Below are positions 59,827-64,000 of a stretch of DNA of 64,000 bases, piece after piece. This DNA is from Candidatus Spongiisociaceae bacterium (lineage in GTDB: Bacteria; Actinomycetota; Acidimicrobiia; Spongiisociales; Spongiisociaceae). Numbering within the stretch: the first letter of the stretch is position 1; each line of letters begins with the position of its first letter. The stretch is taken from NCBI GenBank assembly GCA_965262915.1, contig OZ253564.1, positions 1,280,001 through 1,344,000 on the forward strand, in the 5' to 3' direction. Below the pieces are notes generated by a model. That model saw only the letters and a program-made list of their open reading frames with translations, was not told the origin of the DNA and did no database searches. The position numbers and the translations under genes are program-made.

Positions 59827-60600
59827 GTGGAACGCCGGATCATCAGTACGAGCCTGGGGCAGGTCCATGCCGTCATCGACGGACCGGACAACGCTCCTCC
59901 GGTGGTGTTGCTGCACCAGACCCCCCGCTCGACCGACGAGTTTGCCGAGGTGGTTCCCCTGCTGTCCGGGACCCTGCGGGTCATCGCAATGGACACTCCC
60001 GGGTACGGGGCTTCCGACCACCCGCCGACGCCGCCCAGCATGGAGGACTATGCAGGGGTGGCGGCCGAGGTCCTCAAGGAAGTGGCGGATAGACCGGCCT
60101 ACGTGTGCGGGCATCACACCGGAGCGATCATCGCCGTGGAGTTCGGGGCGGCGTATCCGGAACTGACGCGAAAGGTGATCGCTTCCGGCCTGATCTACGT
60201 CGACGACGAGGTGCGCGCCGATCTCGGCCCCCGCTTCAAGCAGTGGACCGTACAGGCGGACGGGTCTCACCTGATGGCGCACTGGGAGCGCCTCTCCTAC
60301 TGGACTTCACCCGATACGGCACTGACCCAGCGCCTGCTCCTCGATGTCTACCGGGCCGGTGAGACCAGCGAGTGGGGGCACTGGGCCTGCCTCGACTACG
60401 ACATGGAGGCCCGGTTGGCCCTCGTCACCAAACCTGTTCTCATCCTCACGGGTAGGGACGATCCGTTCGTCACTCCCCGGATGATCGAACAGCTGACCGG
60501 TGCTCTCCCCGACACCGAACTGTCCTACATCGACGGCAGCGTATTCCTGCCCAACGAGAATCCCGAAGGCTTCGCCGATGCGATCCTGTCGTTCATGTGA
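59827..60600 (+). CDS. Alpha/beta hydrolase-fold protein, His at the nucleophile elbow
   Basis: LLHQTPRS, MDTPGYGASD, GHHTG. Confidence 0.85.
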   Translation: MERRIISTSLGQVHAVIDGPDNAPPVVLLHQTPRSTDEFAEVVPLLSGTLRVIAMDTPGYGASDHPPTPPSMEDYAGVAAEVLKEVADRPAYVCGHHTGAIIAVEFGAAYPELTRKVIASGLIYVDDEVRADLGPRFKQWTVQADGSHLMAHWERLSYWTSPDTALTQRLLLDVYRAGETSEWGHWACLDYDMEARLALVTKPVLILTGRDDPFVTPRMIEQLTGALPDTELSYIDGSVFLPNENPEGFADAILSFM

Positions 60601-60624
60601 CAACCGGAAGGGTTGGGAGGTCGC

Positions 60625-60981
60625 ATGGAACTCGATACCGCCCTCTCGATAGTTGAGGCTGCACGGCAGGCCGCCGAGGAAATCGGCATCCCGATGGCCA
60701 TCACGGTCGTCGACGCCGGCAAGCATCCCGTCGCGATGTTGCGGATGGACGGTGCCCTCCCGGTCGCGGTCGATACGGTGCTCGCGAAAGGACGCACCGC
60801 CGTGCAGTTCGGGTGCACGACCGGAGAAGTACTTGAAGCAGCCAGGACCAACCCGACCGTGTACGACTCCTTCCTCACCGCGGTGCCCGACAAGATGGTG
60901 TATTCCCGCGGCGGGATCCCGAACTCCGGGAGTCGCCGGCGGATGACTCGACGCCCTCCGGTCGGCGCGGTGTCCACCTAG
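60625..60981 (+). pseudogene. GlcG/HbpS-like heme-binding protein, C-terminus lost
   Basis: ITVVDAG..RMDGA..KGRTA..GGIP, then the expected GAVGVSG is missing. Confidence 0.7.
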
Positions 60982-62777
60982 CCCCAATTCTTCATGGGTT
61001 GGCGGGTTGGGGGGTGTGAGCGGCTTGGGGTGGGGTGCTGGGGTGGTTGTCTTGGGTTGGCCGGTTCTGGGGGTGTTGGGGTGTGTTGGGGTGGGCTCGT
61101 AGGGGGTGGGGTTGGTGTTCGGGGCGTGGTCGGGTTGGGGTTCGAGGTGTGTGTTGGGGGTTCGGTTCATGAACCGTACCGGGTTTCCCGGGGCGATTCA
61201 TCAGGGTTAGAGGGTCTGGATTTGTTGGTGGGTGGTTGCGATGAGGGTGGCGGTGGGCCAGGTGGTTGGTATTCGGAGGGTGGTTTGTCGGCTGTGGCGT
61301 GCGATGACGCCGGGTATGTGCCATAGGTTCGGGCGCAGTGTTTTGGGTTTGGCTCGGGTGAGGGGGTGGTGTTTGGGTAGGGAGAGTTTCTGGAACCAGC
61401 GGACCAGGGTGTCGGCGAGGGCGACGATGTGGAGCCAGAGCCGGTTAGGGGCGTATCTGGCGAATGGGAAGCGGTTGCCGCCGTGGTCTTTGACGCGGGC
61501 GATGTGGGTTTCGACTCGGGCGTGGGCGCGCATGTCGCGGTCGGATTCGGGGGCGGGTGGGGGTTGGTCGGTCCAGTGTCCCCAGTATCGGTAGCGTTCG
61601 GAGCCGAACAGGGAAGTTTGCGCGCCGGGGTGGAGGGGTTCGCGTCTGATGACGAGTCGGAGGTCTTCGGGCCAGTTGTAGGCTTTGACGTGGTCGGTGA
61701 GTTCGATCACATGGGCACGAACCGGCTTAGGTTCCAGATCTTCGGTTTTGTTGTCGGAGCGGACAGCGTCGGGTCCCTCCTCCGGGTTGTCGACCCCTGC
61801 GGTGTTCGGGTTGTTGTGTTGGGCTGGTCTGGGTTGGGGAAGGGCGGGCTGCCAGCGTGGGTCGTCTACGGGGATGTGGCTGAGGGCTTCCGCGATCCCG
61901 TCGGATCTTCGAGCAACGAAACTGAACCCGATGTTACGTTTGCGGCATTCGGTAGCGAACGCGGGTCCCGCCGCGGAGTCGGCCCGGACCCGGATCGGAT
62001 AGACCACCCGCTCGGGGTCGTCACCCGGCGAATGCCCCACCCGCATCCGGGCGGGCAGCGCCCTGATAGCCGCGTCCAGCACCTCTGTCAGGTCCGAAAC
62101 CTGATTAGGGGTTGCGTCACCCCGCCGCAGCCGAACAGCGAGCGGCTCCCCCGTCCAGTCCCCAAAGCAGTACATGGGATGGAACCCGTACTTGTAGTTA
62201 TAGGTCGGCGCGGCGCCCGCCTTGTTCTCCGAATGCACCTCATGGATCGACGAATCGATATCCAAGATCACCGTCTCGCCTTCGGGATAGTCAGCCCACA
62301 CCCGCTCCCGGACCCTGACCATCGCCCCGGCCAGCCTCTCCAACGACCCCTCATCCGCCCCGGTGAGGGTCCGGTACAGGGTCGAGTCCGACGCCACCTC
62401 GCCGAACAATCCCCGCTGGGAACGCAACGTCTCGATGTCAGTGCAAGCCTCCCCACCCCCGGCCAACACGAGCATCAAATGAACCAGCACCCGGCCCCGA
62501 TCACCAACCACCCCCGAAGAACCGAACGCTTCTGACAGCACTTCGCCCACCCACATACGATCCGCGAACCGGCCCAACAGCCACAACCCCACATGACCCA
62601 CCTGGCCGCCACCCCCCACCTCGACCCTCAACGCCAAACTGCTGTTAGCCTTCACCATACGGGTGCCCTCCTGACTGCGACCACGGACGATTACTTCACC
62701 GCCCATAATCGCAGGTCAGAAGGGCATTCCCGTGTCAAACCACCCACCCCCACCACCAACCCCATGAAGAATCAGGG
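60982..62777 (-). mobile_element. IS1380-family element, 1796 bp, CTAG target duplication
   Basis: IRs CCCCAATTCTTCATGGG / CCCTGATTCTTCATGGG; CTAG at 60978-81 and 62778-81. Confidence 0.9.
61207..62658 (-). CDS. IS1380 transposase
   Basis: VASDSTLYR, ILDIDSS, GFHPM, VRADSA, RREPLHPGAQ, RAHARVETHI. Confidence 0.9.
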   Translation of the reverse strand: MVKANSSLALRVEVGGGGQVGHVGLWLLGRFADRMWVGEVLSEAFGSSGVVGDRGRVLVHLMLVLAGGGEACTDIETLRSQRGLFGEVASDSTLYRTLTGADEGSLERLAGAMVRVRERVWADYPEGETVILDIDSSIHEVHSENKAGAAPTYNYKYGFHPMYCFGDWTGEPLAVRLRRGDATPNQVSDLTEVLDAAIRALPARMRVGHSPGDDPERVVYPIRVRADSAAGPAFATECRKRNIGFSFVARRSDGIAEALSHIPVDDPRWQPALPQPRPAQHNNPNTAGVDNPEEGPDAVRSDNKTEDLEPKPVRAHVIELTDHVKAYNWPEDLRLVIRREPLHPGAQTSLFGSERYRYWGHWTDQPPPAPESDRDMRAHARVETHIARVKDHGGNRFPFARYAPNRLWLHIVALADTLVRWFQKLSLPKHHPLTRAKPKTLRPNLWHIPGVIARHSRQTTLRIPTTWPTATLIATTHQQIQTL

Positions 62778-63680
62778 CTAGTCGGAGGTCTCCTCTTCAA
62801 CCTCGGGCAGCGCCCGCAACTCGAAGACCATCGTGATGCGGGAGGTGACTACCTCAGCGCCCCCGAACACGGGTGTCGGCACGGAGACCGAGTCCGAAGC
62901 CTCGGCCACTACCCCATCGAGTCCTAATCTGCGGCGGTCTCCGTACGGGTCGAAGCCGCCACCTGGCATCATCCTGACGATCCGCACGATCTCGTACCCC
63001 ATGTGATCGGCGATGGCTTGGGCGGTCGCCCGGGCGTCGTCGATGGCGTCGAGCAGCGCGAGCCGTTCGAATTCTGCGCGGCGGGAGACGGTGAAGTCCA
63101 GTCCTTCGAACCGGACGTTGTCTCCCCCGCTCGTGATCACCAAGTCGACCAGCCCGCCGGCGAATCCCGTGCCGCGGATAGCAATAGTGAGCCGGTTCTC
63201 GTAGCGGAAGCCGTTCGAGACCTGGCCCTGTTCGGTCCAGTCGAACTCCTCCTGGATACGGATGCCCACCGTCTGCAAGCCGCGCGGGGAGATGCACGTC
63301 GGGTCGGTCGTGTGATCGGCGTCCTCCGGTTCCCCCTCGGTGCACTTCTCCTCGACCGCGTCGGCAATGGCCTGGACCGTCGCGTTACCGTCCGACACCG
63401 CGGTGATGAGCGAATCGCGCAGCACGCTCACCGTGAACCGGCCGATCGCTCCGTCATAGTTGACGCTGCGCGAACCGATGCCCTCCACCGTGAGTTCCGT
63501 CAGCTCTTCCCGTTCCGACCGAACCTCATCGTCGGGCATGATCGACGCGCGCTCCTGCACGCCATTCGCTCGCGCGGCGTGGGTCAGTGAGGGCGCGCTC
63601 ACCGCTCCCAGCACTACAAGCACCGCCAGCCCGACTACGACCATCCGGCGCAGGCCCGGAATCCGTATCGCTTCCCTCAT
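62778..63680 (-). CDS. SIMPL (DUF541) domain secreted protein
   Basis: N-terminal signal/TM segment, LTVEGIGS, ALLDAIDDARATAQAIA, ITMVFEL. Confidence 0.8.
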   Translation of the reverse strand: MREAIRIPGLRRMVVVGLAVLVVLGAVSAPSLTHAARANGVQERASIMPDDEVRSEREELTELTVEGIGSRSVNYDGAIGRFTVSVLRDSLITAVSDGNATVQAIADAVEEKCTEGEPEDADHTTDPTCISPRGLQTVGIRIQEEFDWTEQGQVSNGFRYENRLTIAIRGTGFAGGLVDLVITSGGDNVRFEGLDFTVSRRAEFERLALLDAIDDARATAQAIADHMGYEIVRIVRMMPGGGFDPYGDRRRLGLDGVVAEASDSVSVPTPVFGGAEVVTSRITMVFELRALPEVEEETSD

Positions 63681-63855
63681 GTTGATCACTCCACTTCGCT
63701 AGCAATTGGCGGTCGGTCAAGCCGACGCCTGATTGTCCCACGTCGACAGGACCTCGGGGTGGCACCCTGGTCGTGATCGACGAGGCTCAGGATGCCCCAG
63801 CCGAGCCGCAGTTTGGCTCTTGACGGCCTCGAGACGAACTCGGAACAGCACCTAG

Positions 63856-63953
63856 GAGAATGCTGAAAAACGGGTAATTGGTTGGCCCGTCGTCCGCTGA
63901 CGTGGCATTTTGTCATCGACCGCCGGGCCAACGGGGGGTTTCTCAGCACTCTC
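63856..63953. mobile_element. 98-bp MITE flanked by CTAG
   Basis: IRs GAGAATGCTGAAAAAC / GAGAGTGCTGAGAAAC (14/16); CTAG at 63852-55 and 63954-57; inner TTGGCCCG/CGGGCCAA. Confidence 0.75.
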
Positions 63954-64000
63954 CTAGTACAACGCGGCGAGTTCTTTGGCGCTGTGGACTGACTCGACCG

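Noticed and set aside
61195-61210. IR-like GATTCATCAGGG at the IS1380 transposase stop as the element end
   Set aside because: Wrong orientation and no TSD; the true end at 60982 has a matching IR and CTAG

Overview
High-GC actinobacterial DNA (F420-type PPOX/LLM enzymes, VapBC, a DUF222/HNH-type gene, a LexA box of actinobacterial type), in two parts. (1) 1-23.4 kb is a defence island with much mobile-element debris. It holds a 5'-truncated ~1.7-kaa DruE/YprA-like DUF1998 helicase coupled to a Cas4/AddB-like PD-(D/E)XK nuclease, an IetAS-type AAA ATPase + S8 peptidase pair split by an intact ISL3, and an IS110 element whose complete bridge RNA (all four guides, CA core, circle-junction promoter) can be read from the sequence and whose recombinase has an extra C-terminal XRE-type HTH. 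It also holds a HEPN-motif protein and a CBASS operon (DUF2188, patatin, CD-NTase ending FHGQ, stand-alone E2) divergent from an IrrE/CapP-like peptidase and a DdrO/CapH-like repressor. IS21, IS3, Tn3 and integrase remnants lie among these. (2) 23.8-64 kb is a decaying catabolic accessory region: CoA transferases, HMG-CoA lyase, MmgE/PrpD, cyclase, a Mo-hydroxylase, racemase/isochorismatase, an allantoinase-like amidohydrolase, LLMs, transporters and three His-elbow alpha/beta hydrolases. It is interspersed with TA modules, a PLD-nuclease/ATPase fusion, a heptamer-flanked ~110-bp dispersed repeat, an IS1380 and a small MITE. No rRNA, tRNA or CRISPR array was seen. All family calls come from motif recognition by eye, not from database searches.
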